Source of the DNA: Octopus vulgaris
Lineage: Eukaryota
Assembly: GCA_951406725.2 (NCBI GenBank)
Contig: OX597830.1
Coordinates: 28,148,001 to 28,212,000 of the forward strand
DNA length: 64,000 nucleotides
Direction: 5' to 3'
In this document: piece by piece, positions 42,749 through 56,727 of the stretch
Numbering within the stretch: the first letter of the stretch is position 1
Layout: the number at the start of each line of letters is the position of its first letter
Translations under genes and position numbers: made by a program
Notes under the pieces: generated by a model
Database searches by the model: none
Seen by the model: the letters and a program-made list of their open reading frames with translations, nothing else
What the model was told of the DNA's origin: nothing

Positions 42749-42975
42749 GGCTCAGTGGTTAGAGCGTCGACTTTACGATCGTGATGTTGTGAGTTCGAAT
42801 CCCGGACCGGGCTGCGTGCTGTGTTCTTGAGCAAGACACTTTATTTCACGTTACCTTTCCCTTGGATAGCACTGGTGGCGTGGAGAGAGGAGGCCGGTAT
42901 GCCTGGGTGATTGCTGGTCGTCCATAAACAACCTTACCCAGACTTGTGCCTGGGAGGGTAACTCTGTTGGGTGAA
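42746..42975 (+). mobile_element. SINE family C
   Basis: First ~105 bp are nearly identical to 32813-32920. Confidence 0.85.
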
Positions 42976-44064
42976 TTTGATGCGGGTATATCACCTCCTG
43001 CGCTTGATTACCGGTGTTAAATTAATCGCGCTACTGGAATTTCGTGAGTCAGCATCAGAAATAAGTACTGGCCATGAATAGGTATTGGGGACGATTTCTG
43101 CAACTAAAATCCAGAAGATGCCCAATATTACCACAGCCCAGTGACAGAAACGGGAGAAAAATAATGAATAAAGATACGTTTGGTAAAGTGACCCCTGTGA
43201 CAACTAATATAATAATAACAAATCCTAAAGTCAAGTTAGGAGGTTCATGCAATCGAAATTATTATTTTTCTGTGTTGATATTGAATCATCAAGTTTTGTA
43301 TTGGTATGTGTCTCTTCTATTTTCTAATTATTATAAATATTTCACTAAGGAGGGAGGCGGTTTCCAACAGAGATACAAGGCTCTATCTTTGCGATGTAGT
43401 TAACACAGACAAATTCACATTTGGAACTTGAGAAATGTCTTGCATATTTTTACAGTTCCACTCTCAGATTGCACTTGTAACGTACGAATTAGCCGGTCGA
43501 GTTCTCTTTCTGAAAATCCCAGTTTAACCAGATTCTCCTATAAGAATTTACTCTCGAAACCGAGTGCTCCAATTATTATTGGTATGAATATGAATTCATA
43601 ACCTGGATATAGCAGCTGGAGGTTTCAAAGCAGTTGTCCATAGATATCCTCTTTTTCTTTGATTTTCAAAGAGATGTGTATGTATGCATGTATGCATATA
43701 TGTATGCATGCATGCACGTATGTAGGTGTCTGTCTGATTGTCTGTCTGTATGCACACACAAACACACACATACACACACACACATATATATGTTTGCTGT
43801 TTATTCACCTGTCTTCGTCTTTTGTTTTTTCTGTAAATGCCAACTACATATTATACACTATACTTTCACGTGTATTTTGTGAGCATGTTTGCATTTCGTT
43901 TATGCATGGACGAGCACCCATATACAGACACACATGCATGTGCGTACACAGAAGTATGCGTGTGTGTTCATGCATGCGTTAGTATGTGCGTGTATATATA
44001 TATTTATTGAGATATATATATGTATGTATATACATATATTTATACGTGTATACACTCTCAGATA

Positions 44065-44124
<60 letters not shown>

Positions 44125-45370
44125 TATATATACATACATGTATATATATGTGTGTATATATATGTATATACGTATATATATATATATACACTTGCATATA
44201 AATATATACCTACATATCACATACGCATACCTATAAATATATACATACATATATAATACGCTTACACATGGACATACATACTGATGCACACATATATACT
44301 TACATATATGCACATAAATACTCACACACACACACACACTCTCTCTCTTTCTATCTTTCTCTCTCTCTCTCTTTAATATGTAATATGCTGTAATGATACA
44401 TTCTTTTCCTTTCGCATCTATTTATGGAGCATTTTTTCTCTCGCTTGTTTTACAAATTAACATCAGAATAAAGTTAATTTCTTCATTGTCAATGATTTAA
44501 GAGACATTTTATGCTACCACATATGGATTAATATGCCTGCCTATATATTTATGGCTATGTGTTTTTGTTTCAATATATTCGCACGTACATATATATGGCT
44601 GTATACATACAAACACACAACTCACACCTCGTACACTTACATATGCATATACGTAGGTACTATTTATAAGTATAGGAGCATATATGCACATATGCATTTT
44701 ATATATTTATATACATATATGCATATATATATGTTTATAGATACATATATATATCTGTATATGTATACATGTATATATGTATATAAATACATATATATAT
44801 ATGTATCTATATCTATCTATCTCTATATACTTAATGTATGTATGTGTAAATATATATATGATTCTGTATGTGTGTATAAATATAAAACACAAATAATAAA
44901 CATAATAATACTCATTGAAAGAGATGGAGTAAAAACAAGAAAGAATGTAAAATTTGTGTCATGAAAGTTACAAAGGGAAGAATAAGAAAAATGCTAGAGA
45001 TTGCATTCTAAGCACGGTTTTCTTCAAATGGATTTTTGTTGCTGAGCCGCCCAGCATTTGCTCTCTTTTATCATGATTTGCCCCTCCAATATAAGGTGAA
45101 AGAGTAACTATAAAAATAAAAAAAGACAACGAGAGAAGCAGAAAATACTCTCAGTGTTATTTATATCTAACTACGTAACGTTCCGCCTCTTTTTAACATC
45201 CCTCGTTGATATTTACTTTGGGTTTTTTTTTCCCAATGGCGAAATTTTTATTTATTACAACCACTTTTATTGAGGCATACCATATCATGCCATTTTAGAA
45301 ATATTTTTTTCTAGGTTTTAATTGCTTCAAATAATCGACTAAATTTCATTAAACGATAAATTAATATGTA

Positions 45371-45536
45371 GGCGCAGGAGTGGCTGTGTGGTAAGTAGCT
45401 TGCTAACCAGCCACATGGTTCGTTCTGGGTTCAGTCCCACTGCGTGACATCTTGGGCAAGTGTCTTCTGCTATAGCCCAGGGCCGACCAATGCCTTGTGG
45501 GTGGATTTGGTGGACGGAAACTGAAAGAAGCCTGTC

Positions 45537-45590
<54 letters not shown>

Positions 45591-45806
45591 TTGTGTGTCT
45601 GTGTTTGTCCCCCTAGCATTGCTTGACAACCGATGCTGGTGTGTTTACGTCCCCGTCACTTAGCGGTTCGGCAAAAGAGACCGATAGAATAAGTACTGGG
45701 CTTACAAAGAATAAGTCCCGGGGTCGATTTGCTCGACTAAAGGCGGTGCTCCAGCATGGCCGCAGTCAAATGACTGAAACAAGTAAAAGAGTAAAAGAGT
45801 AAAGAG
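45371..45806 (+). mobile_element. Full-length, young SINE family A
   Basis: A box tggctgtgtggtaag, B-box-like ggttcagtccc, CORE-like cttgggcaagtgtctt, internal (TA)n(TG)n, tail hairpin cagtca-aa-tgactg, terminal (gtaaaaga)n. Confidence 0.9.
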
Positions 45807-46859
45807 TATGTAAGGGCAATGATTATATTTAAGCAACATGCGCTCATTTTAGATATATCAGATATGAGCACTAACTGTCAATGCTGTGTTGATGTTTCAT
45901 AGTAGTGCTTTTTTCTACTACAGATGAGTATGATATGCGCTGCTGTATAAATAAGCACTCACAGTAAACTAATGGGAAACGTGTGGAAACTCGTCTCGTG
46001 ACAGCATTGGATATTCTTAATATCTTCGTGCCTCAAAGAAATAGTTTTGTTGGTCAAATGTATGGTTCAACCTTTGCCAAATTCTTTGAGGCAAAGATCG
46101 ATGGTACACAAACACGCGGGTTACAGGTCGTTACGAATATCCCTTTACCAGTATCCAAAATATCAAAAATATTATGGTCATAATTTTGATATAATTGATA
46201 TCAGTCCGGCACATTGCTTGAGTTCTAAGTAATAGCTCATTAGTTATGCATATTTATGGATACTCCGAGAGGATATATAAGTATTGGCCACCTATAAGTA
46301 TTCATAGACCAACGTTAGACGAATATGCTTTCAGATGGAGATGAAAATTCCGCATAAATTTCTTAATCATGTCATTTAAAGTGACTGTACTCATTTTTCT
46401 CTCATCCTTCGTTATGCCATATGAACAGTACCTGATGATTGTGCCGGGATACCAAACGTTTAAAAAAAAACTGTCTGGCACGCTCTCAGCACATGAAACT
46501 GATAGTAGCACATAAAAACATATAACACGTTTATTAAATAATATTTGTATTTGGGCGTGTGTGTGTGTGCGTCTGTCTATGTATGTATATATGTTTACAT
46601 ATACATACATATATATATATAATATATGTGTGTATGTGTGTGTGAGTGTGTGCGGAAACAGAAAGAGAGAAAGAGAAAGAGGGGGAGTGAGAGATACTTA
46701 GTATCGCTCAAATGATTTATACTTACACTCCGAAACATTTACTGAGGACCAATTCCGGAGGGCAAAATGTGGCTATAAGATGAATCCAGGTAAAAAGATA
46801 CAGAAATAATAATACCAATAATCAAATAAACCTAAGCTATTTAGCACTACGTTCGATAC

Positions 46860-47630
46860 CAGCCTATCCAACCCTCTCTCACTCTCTGCCCCTCCCTCTA
46901 TTTACTCCTACACATTTCTACATTCCTCAGTATTCTTCACCCGACACCAACTCACCTTCATTTTCTGAATTTCTCCTTCCCCACTCTACTAGCATCTATA
47001 ACTGGAGGATCTCTCCCCCTTTAATACTCACCCCTCCCTTTTCTCATTTTCCCTTAGTTTTGTAGCTCCACATTTCTAAATTTTAAAGAACTATTCTGAA
47101 ACCTTACAACCATAACGAAACTTCAAACACTAGCTACCAAAACCCCTTCCACCTATCCCCCAACTCCTACTTCTACTTCTCTCAACACCCTGGTCACTCA
47201 TTCCTCCTCTTCCAGAACTTGCTTTCTTATCCCTTCTTATCCATCCTTGCTTCAACACTACCCACACCCTATCGATCTTCCTACTTCCCTTGACTACTGC
47301 TTACCATCTTCTTGACCCAATATATTAAAAAATTTCCCTGGATTATGATTCGAAATGCTGGAGTTTATTTTCTCCCCCTTTACGACGGAGGCCGGAGCTA
47401 CCCAATATTTATTTGATTCCATCCCTAGTTGCATATTTTAGTGAACTATATATGCCAGCATTGTGAAGTAACTCTGAGCCCCTCGAAACAGCTGTAGGAC
47501 TTGCAACACAGTACCTTCTCCCCGTCAAGTTTCGTTGCTATTGTATTCTGTGCAAGTTTTCTCTGTTACTATATTGCTGTCTATATATTTTTACTTGAAT
47601 ATTAATCGTATGAAGTTTTTTTAGTTTTCG
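46860..47630 (+). mobile_element. Probable PLE 3' region with decayed long-stem-II hammerhead (47372-47500)
   Basis: C/T-rich linker, then gacggaggccggag...taactctgagcccctcGAAACAGCTGTA, homologous to the minus strand of 61717-61857. Confidence 0.5.
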
Positions 47631-47805
47631 CTTGCTCTTTTACATGTATGCACGCACACACACACACACAAATATATATATATATTTATATCTAATCGAA
47701 GTAGTTTATTCGTTCAGTTGCATCACTCTCTTTCTCGTACATAGATACATACATACACACATACATACATACATACATACATACATACATACATACATAC
47801 ATACA

Positions 47806-47839
<34 letters not shown>

Positions 47840-48652
47840 CATACTCCCGATTGGCACCTAAACAGATACCGCCTACAAAGAAGATCGAAACATACTATCC
47901 AACGTAAAGCTATTGTAGGAAGCATGTGTTCAAACAACCTCTTTTGCTCACTCTGATCGAATGATTTGAAATCTAATTACCGTTTAATCAAAATTAATAA
48001 TCTTTTACTCACCAATATAGAAATTACAGAAACACACACACACACGCACGCATACGTGCACATGCATGCATACACTTCCACACACATGCAAACACATACA
48101 CAAGCACATATGAACCTCCCTAAAACACCTAAACTTTATTGAATCAAACGCCGCTGGGACCACGTATCTTGCACCCGCTACACAAATCAGTCATAATAAA
48201 TTCGCTGCAAAACGCATTGCTCTAGTTAACATTATCACCAAAAATATCAAATTAGAAGACAATTTTCATTGGATACCAGATAAGCTACCTCTACCTGGAC
48301 ATATCTCAGCAACAATATATCCCCACTTGGATGGGCCATGGTCAAACACAAGACTTAAAGATGATTTAACATTGGTATAAGGCGGACATGGCCGGGGACA
48401 ATATGGATGAACCAGGTTGTGACGACATTCATTGAAGGACTATCGGCTTCGTTATTTTACCAAATTCATTTGGCCCAAACCGTAAAAGAATGCGAACTAG
48501 CTACTGTCACGTTTGAAGATTGTCCTAATACCTATTCAGCATAATGTGTCTTTCGTACCATAAACCAAATTCTAAAGAATAATGTAAAATACTCTTTAGA
48601 AATAATTCTTCGACGTGCGCTATTGTCAAATCATATGTAATATATTGTGTGT

Positions 48653-48803
<151 letters not shown>

Positions 48804-49601
48804 GTATATATATATATGTATATATGCACGTGTATATAAATGTGCCTATGGACGAAGTATTAGAAATGTATAAATGTATAGAACAAAAACATCGTATACA
48901 TTTACGTAAACATTTTCTTTGCTCATTAATCGTTCGATGTTGCTTTGTGCCAACTTAAAGTAGCGTTACATTTTTGGTGAGCCCCATTAACATGCAACTT
49001 GATCACAAAACCATAAATCATATACATTCACCCTAAAACGCCATTTTGAAATATTCAACCCTTTCATTATTGACCTTTATAATGGCTCCTATATATCAAG
49101 GTCAAACACTGACCTATCTTTACTTCTCATATTTTTCTTTTACATACAAAATCATACTCTTAGAGCATTGACAAGCATCAACTTCGAATACATTCTTACG
49201 CTACCAAAAAAAAAAAAAATTGAAAAATATCAGAAAGAATGCTTTCTTCGGTATGTAAGAGCTTAAGTAAGTTTTTTGACCTCTTGGCCGTTTTATTTTT
49301 CACTCAACTTCTCAATATAATAATGATATTAATTCATAATGGGTATGGAAACATTTCTTAAACTACCCATGAATACTGATGCGGAATAAAGTTTAAGTTC
49401 ATGAGAAATCCACCCAAGTTTCTCTTCAGCATAGTGTACCCGTCACGTGTTCACCCTGAATTAGGCATAATTAATGCATTCATAAAGAAAAATGATAGGA
49501 ATGTTTTTTTGATATATACTTACAACCGCCAACGTTGTCCATAAAACATAAGTGAGAATTACACACAGACACACACACTCTCTCGCATACAAACGCACTC
49601 T

Positions 49602-49635
<34 letters not shown>

Positions 49636-49961
49636 TTATATATATGTATATGTGTCTGTGTGTATGTGTGCGTTTGTCTTTGTGAGTTTGCTTCTGTAGG
49701 TATGTGTGTAAGTGTCTGCATATGCGAGTATGTGTTTATGATTATATCTAACCATCTATTCACACTGACACACACACAATCATATTGTTGGAAATGTGGC
49801 ATCTTTACTGTGTGTTTCTGATGAACTGAACCTCAGGGCAATAGTCCATCAATCTTCAACACTAATTTACTAATTCATATATTGAATACTTTTTTCTTGT
49901 TTTAAAGAAGAATATGGTGAATATACATTCATACATACAAATATATATATACAAGATATAT

Positions 49962-51584
49962 ATAAATTTAAGACCGATGATAAAAGTTCTATTTTTTACA
50001 AAATATTTTGTTACTAACTCCATACAAATTATTTTCATCTTTTGCACCTTATGCAGAATTTATTTCTCTTTCGAATGATGCAGACAATAACTATTTTTAT
50101 ATAACTTGAAGAATTCTAATGCTAAATTAATATAAACCTTTCAAATTTACCGGCAAAATTATTTTCAGACAGAATCATTATAATTTTATTGAAAGCTTAA
50201 GATGGTACAAAAATGGGCAACAAGAACTAAATACATATTAGTACTTTGTGCCGTAGCCTTTATTCTTAATAACGGCTGAACAAAGCCTGGTTATTGAATA
50301 CGCTACGTGATTACAAAATTCTATGGGAATGCTTTGCCTTATTTCATTGATATAATCGTAAAATTATTTTAGATTAGATGTTTTTTTAGTATGGACGTCT
50401 TTGGAAATATAATTCCACAAGTTCTCGATCGGATTCAGGTCTGGGTTCTGGGGAGGCCATTCGATTACGTCAATATTATGGTGATCAAAAGATTCCAGAA
50501 CAATTTTGGCGTTGTGCACAGGACTATTGTCGTGCTGATAAATAGCTCGCGGAGGCATTTGGTAAGTTAAATATGGCACAGCATTAGCCTTTAGTAGATT
50601 CATATAACTAATACTATTTAGCTTTCCATCAACTTTAACTAGAGGACCAACACCAAAGCTACTAAATGCCGCCCACACCATCACATCCCATCCCCGCATG
50701 CACCCTTTTTTCACGTATTTCTGATAGAATTCCTCGGTTGGGCGACGTCTGACGTATGTTTTACCACCTGATACAAACATACAGATGCGTGACTCGTCAC
50801 TCCAAAGGACCCTGCAGCAATCTTCGGCAGTCCATTGAGCATGACTTTTTGCGAAATTAAGGCGTTTGAGTGGATTTCTTTCGGATATTATTGGCTTTTT
50901 CCTAGCGATTCGTTCATGTAATCCAAATTCTCTCAACCGGTTGCGGACGGTTTGTGGTCTAAAAATAACACCATTCTCGTTAGACAATTGTTTACAAATG
51001 TCAACAGCTGTCAGTTTTCGGTTGCCTTCCGAAAGTCGGTGGATTCGACGGTTCAACTGAGCCGTGGTTTTTCTTGAAGCGCCAGTCTTTTGCCGATCTT
51101 TATATTGACCAGTCTCCGAGTATAATTTCCACGCTTGCACACAAACCGTTTTACTGCACTTTAGTTGCTTGTTGATGTTCGAAAAGGAAACTTTTTGCTG
51201 GTGGAATAATGCGATTTTTGTTCTCGTGACTGGACTGAATCTACGATGTTTTCCCATTATTAATCAATTGTATAATAATTTTAAATTATAACACTATATA
51301 GTGCAGTTAGGCTAGTTGTGGGACCACCTATTTTGGCAAAAACAATTTGCATACATATTACATGGTCTTAAACTAATTTTGCCGGTAAATTTAACACGTT
51401 TATATTAATTTAGCATTAGAATTCTTCAAGTTGTATAAAAATAGTTATTGTCTGCATCATTTGAAAGAGAAATAAATACTGCATAAGATGTAAAACATAG
51501 AAATAATTTGTATGGTGTTAGTAACAAAATATTTTGTAAAAAATAGAACTTTTATCATCGGTCTTAAATTTATTTTCGGCAGTG
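49962..51584 (-). mobile_element. Tc1-family DNA transposon with ~210-220-bp IR/DR terminal inverted repeats
   Basis: 49962-50170 is the reverse complement of 51365-51573. The right end is ..ggcagtg|TA. The left end lacks the terminal 11 bp (cactgccgaaa). Confidence 0.95.
50238..51257 (-). pseudogene. Tc1 DD34E transposase, 339 codons with one in-frame TAA at 50364-50366
   Basis: HTH N-terminus, WSDES, HDNSPVH..WPPQNPDLNPIENLW with 34 residues between D and E. The frame continues past the stop as FYDYINEIRQSIPIEFCNHVAYSITRLCSAVIKNKGYGTKY*. Confidence 0.93.
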
Positions 51585-51795
51585 TATATACATATATATA
51601 TGTACCAAAAATGCTCTTCCATGGTTCTGAAGCGCAAAAAAAAGGAAAAATTGGCCAAAATAGGTCCGGAGTGAGATAATGAGAGAGGGGGTGGGCTTAA
51701 AAATCAGAGTTTGCAAAAGTTTATCATTTTATGTATATTTTATTAATTGTTTGCAATGTTTTCTCTCTATGTCCGCCTTTTACCAGTGTAAAATT

Positions 51796-51894
51796 GTCTT
51801 CTTCTTCTTCTTCTTCTTCTTCTTCTTCTTCTTCTTCTTCTTCTTCTTCTTCTTCTTCTTCTTCTTCTTCTTCTTCTTCTTCTTCTTCTTCTTC
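51796..51894. repeat. (CTT)n tract; a second lies at 55694-55770
   Basis: Read directly. Confidence 0.95.
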
Positions 51895-52221
51895 CTTACT
51901 TTTAATCTGCATGTTTGTTACATTCACTTGCTGAGACACACCAAGCACCCTAGGGCGAGTGAAGTTCAAGAGATGTTACAATACGACTGAAAACTTGGGG
52001 AGGAGAATTGGCAGAGGCAGTAACGAAATACCTTCATGTAGTACATCGCAGACATTTAAATGGATAGCGTTTTTCTAAGTATGTTGGCAATAAGTGCCCG
52101 CATAATCTTTTGGATTTCTCTGAGACATGGTTCTCCTGAGATTTTAACTAGATGTTTCTGATATCCCTTTATCCAGTATTGGTAGTAGTATTAGTATTAG
52201 TATTAGTAGTATTAGAAGTAT

Positions 52222-52266
<45 letters not shown>

Positions 52267-52269
52267 CAG

Positions 52270-52510
52270 AACGTTAGTATAGCTGTTGCTGTATAAAGAG
52301 ACAATGCACTCATAGCCTTTGGAGTACATACATCTGTACAGCTTCCAGACGATATCTTGTGAATGAAGTTAATTCTGTTTTCGTACCGATGTTCGATTTC
52401 CATCGAAGTTCACCTGATTGTCATCAATCTACGGTCAATACATAAACATATTCCATATATTTGGGTGCTATTTTGGTAGCATGTTCACTTCTTCTTACAA
52501 ATGTTTTGGA
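52270..52510 (-). mobile_element. Possible highly decayed LINE RT C-terminal remnant
   Basis: Minus-strand fragments EEV..KYMEY..LTVD..EIEHR and MSALSLY resemble the LINE motif EEV..FKYLG..T.D..EI..RI; many frame breaks. Confidence 0.25.
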
Positions 52511-53626
52511 ATTGTGTCAATGTCCGAAACCATTATTGCATATTTCATATCATTCTTTAGAACGAATCGCATAAGTCTATTATAGAAGCTGGAATTTCGA
52601 AATGCATTTTTAAAATGCATTTCCGTATTTGGTGCTTCTGTATCTTGGAAAGTTCTCTCAAAACAAGTCTACCTATTACCATTTCGCATTAGTACTACCA
52701 TATTTAGTAGATTACAGTTTTTCTTTCTTTTTCTTTTTTCTTTGTAAGAGGATAAAGAAGGGAACATTTGATCAATAAATATGCGTGCGCAGGGAAATAA
52801 ATGTAGGTTCGTCTTGTTCGTTGTTTCTTTAAACAAAGATAAAATGATTTCAAACAAGATGTATAACTATGTCACGAGAGTTTCTATTCAAGAAATAATT
52901 AGAGTCGTACCACCGTCCCTCTCTCGCTCGCTCTCTCTAATATGTATTAATAAGTAATAAATACTTCATTAGCACATAAAGCCTTACAATATTTCATGGA
53001 TTATAAGAGGGAAGAAATCACATTTTACCTTTTGCATTCGGTATTCTGATGTTGGAAATTGGTACATTAATTGAAGCCATTGTAACATCTTATTGTAATT
53101 TCGATTTTATTCAAAAAGACCACCATCTTTTCTTCCTCCGCTGTACCAACTTTTAAATAAATCATCAGTGTGTATTTATATTGAACTAGGTGAGTGGGAC
53201 AACGATCAATAGTTATGTTACTTTGAGTAGGTATACATAGACATTTAATAATTACCGAGTATTTGCGAGAAGACAGACAAAGTGTATCCTCGAAGCTGTT
53301 TGATTCACCAAACATAACCTAAAAGTTATCGGCAAGTGATATTAGCCATAGTAAAGCAGAAGAAATTAAATTAAACTTATACAAATGAATATAACCTGAT
53401 AGTATTGAAAGAATTTTCTGGCACAAAGATTTTGCGATCAGGTTTCAATTCTAATCTAAAGACATTATTTTTAACATTCGATACTGTGTTTGTGAAAATT
53501 AGCATTTTGCAACGAGACATTTTATCAAAAACAAATATGAATGACGTGGAGTGCATGGCAATTGCGATTTATTGCATGAACCAAATAATAGCACTGTAAA
53601 TCCACAAATATAAAACGCATCAATCA

Positions 53627-53691
<65 letters not shown>

Positions 53692-53711
53692 CCTACCTAC
53701 CTACCTACCTA

Positions 53712-53755
<44 letters not shown>

Positions 53756-53966
53756 TTATTTATCTATCTATCTCTCTATCTATCTATATCACTCTCCCTC
53801 TCCCTCCCTAAATATCTATCTGATCGACAAAAAATACTCCATCTACTGTTGGGTAAATAGCTAAAGATTGCTTGGAGAGACAGGGTGCGTAATAAAATCA
53901 TGCTTAACTACGTTCTTCACAGCAAGAAAGTACTAGTAGACTTATCTTTATACTGTATTTATTAAA

Positions 53967-54026
<60 letters not shown>

Positions 54027-54057
54027 GTATATATATATGTATATATATATGTATATA

Positions 54058-54123
<66 letters not shown>

Positions 54124-54433
54124 CATATATATATACATACATATATATATATACATACATACATACACACACAAAAAGACGTTGACAATGATGGAGGAAT
54201 ATTGGCTGTACAGAACAAGATTCTAGGTAAACTTTCCAGAAATGTAGCTGCAATTGTAGAAAAAAATCGACAATAGAAAACAAATAATCGGATAAAAAAA
54301 CCCGTCTAGAACTGAAAATAAATAAGAACTACAAAAACACAAAGCTTCAATGCTGCAACCCAATTATTTCTTTAGTAATTTGCTTGTAAAGCTAATTTGC
54401 TTCTGAAAGCAATTTTCATGTTCAAAAATAAGA

Positions 54434-54485
<52 letters not shown>

Positions 54486-54532
54486 TCATATCTATATATA
54501 CATACATATATGTATGTATGTATGTATGTTTG

Positions 54533-54574
<42 letters not shown>

Positions 54575-54679
54575 TATGAAAGTATAGATATAGATAGATA
54601 TGTACATATATACATATATATATATATATGTATATATGTATATATGTATATATATACATATGTATGTATATATATACAT

Positions 54680-54767
<88 letters not shown>

Positions 54768-55161
54768 ATGTATGTATAAAGAAAACAAGAACAAACCAGT
54801 AATATTCTCTTGAGATATGATAATTAATATTTCATGGGCAATTTTGTCCTTTTAAAGACGTAACAAATACAAATAAAAATGAAGTCTGCGGATTTATATG
54901 AAATAGTTAGAAGAGGTATTTCTGACTGCTTTTAGCAAAGCAAAGTTCATCTTCATTTGCAGCTTTTGATTAATATAATCTTGTTCATTTTCTACCCAGT
55001 TCATATTCCGGTCACAAACTCATTTGTTGTAAATCTTTTTTCCCCCACTCTAAATTTCTGCTTCGGCTTGGTCCATCATTCCAACGATGAATTAGACAAG
55101 GAGAGATTTTGCATGAAAAGATTCTAAGAGGAAATGGATTCATAATAGCGAGTAATCCTTC

Positions 55162-55197
<36 letters not shown>

Positions 55198-55264
55198 TAC
55201 ATACACACACGCGAAGCAAACGAATCTGGTGCACAATATATATATGATTTATAATGTAAATTTG

Positions 55265-55305
<41 letters not shown>

Positions 55306-55327
55306 CATGTATATATATATATGTATA

Positions 55328-55364
<37 letters not shown>

Positions 55365-56665
55365 AAGAGAGGCAGTTAGATAAATAAAGATAAATATCCC
55401 CTAACATAAGTAGGCAAATATGCATGCCTATGCATGCACTCGCGCGCCCACACACGAAAACACAAAGGCAATCAGACACATGTATATATATGTGTATATA
55501 TATATGTGTGTGTGTGTGTATACATTTGTGCGTGTGTACGTGTGGATGAATACCTGTTAGTGTAAGCATTTTTCTGTGCTTCAGCGTGTAATGGAGTTCT
55601 GACAATTCCGATAGAGCCATACATAAAACATGCATCTACGTTCGCCCCCCCATTGTTGCTGAATAGATGCATCAGAGATGAATGCAAGAGTTGGTTCTTC
55701 TTCTTCTTCTTCTTCTTCTTCTTCTTCTTCTTCTTCTTCTTCTTCTTCTTCTTCTTCTTCTTCTTCTTTCTTCTCCTGTCTTTTTCCACTGTTCTTACCA
55801 TAAGCCAATTGGATATTGCTAAACGTGTCTAGAATAGCATCCGCTAATTTCAGTGTTTACTGTTGTAATAAATGCTTTAACGAATATCAACGATGCTTGA
55901 TAAATATTTTATTTTTATCTTTAGAATTAAAACGATGAAAAGCCAACTGACAATATTGCTTTCATCTCAAACGATTAAGCATTTAATTTATGAACAGATT
56001 ATTTTTAGGCTCCAACAATATAGTATTTTCGCTAATTCCAGTAAAATATGTCATTACATTGTATTTATAATTTTTACTGCTTATAGACTTTTATTTCGCT
56101 TTCTATTTCGTTTTACTGTTAATATTTTACTGTTTCTTTATTTTACTTAATTTCATACAGCACCGAGGTCAGTTCAAATCTAGGAAAGTTCTCTCAAAAC
56201 TAGTCTACCTATCACCATATTGCATTAGTCAGACAGCAATCAGGAGTTTAATCCTGTATAGGTCCTTTTGTTTTGCAAGTCGCTAGCTTGAAATTTAAGG
56301 GTTATTCGGCTGCTATTTCTATTTGGTTGAGTTCTTTATTTGACTGAAGCTCCCATGGTTTTTAGTAGCGTTGTTGCTGCTTCTACTTTTTTCTTCTTTT
56401 TCCAATCAGGACTCACGCCTTTAGCCACAAAGAATAATCTGTAATTCGAGCCTGCTCTAAGCGTCTAAGAGTGCGTGTGGCAACTTGAAGATCTACCCAC
56501 CACACGCGATAGACTGGTGGTTGCACGGGTGCGAAAGCTACGTTGTTATCCTCATTCCGTAAACGGTGGCTTTTATCGGGTGGAGAGCTGAACCATCCTG
56601 GGGCACCGAAGATTCGCAATCTAGACTAAGGTCTGAAGGTTTACCACACTATATTGGTAAACCTT

Positions 56666-56727
56666 CAGATGAAATACCGCTAAGCACTTCGCCCGGCTTG
56701 CTAACGTTTCTGCCAGCTCGCCGCCTT
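56666..56727 (-). mobile_element. SINE family B head (5' ~60 bp)
   Basis: Reverse complement aaggcggcgagctggcagaaacgttagcaagccgggcgaagtgcttagcggtatttc. Confidence 0.8.

Noticed and set aside
48280-48450. Possible LINE ORF2 C-terminal remnant (GTIWMNQV)
   Set aside because: Only a few residues resemble the motif.
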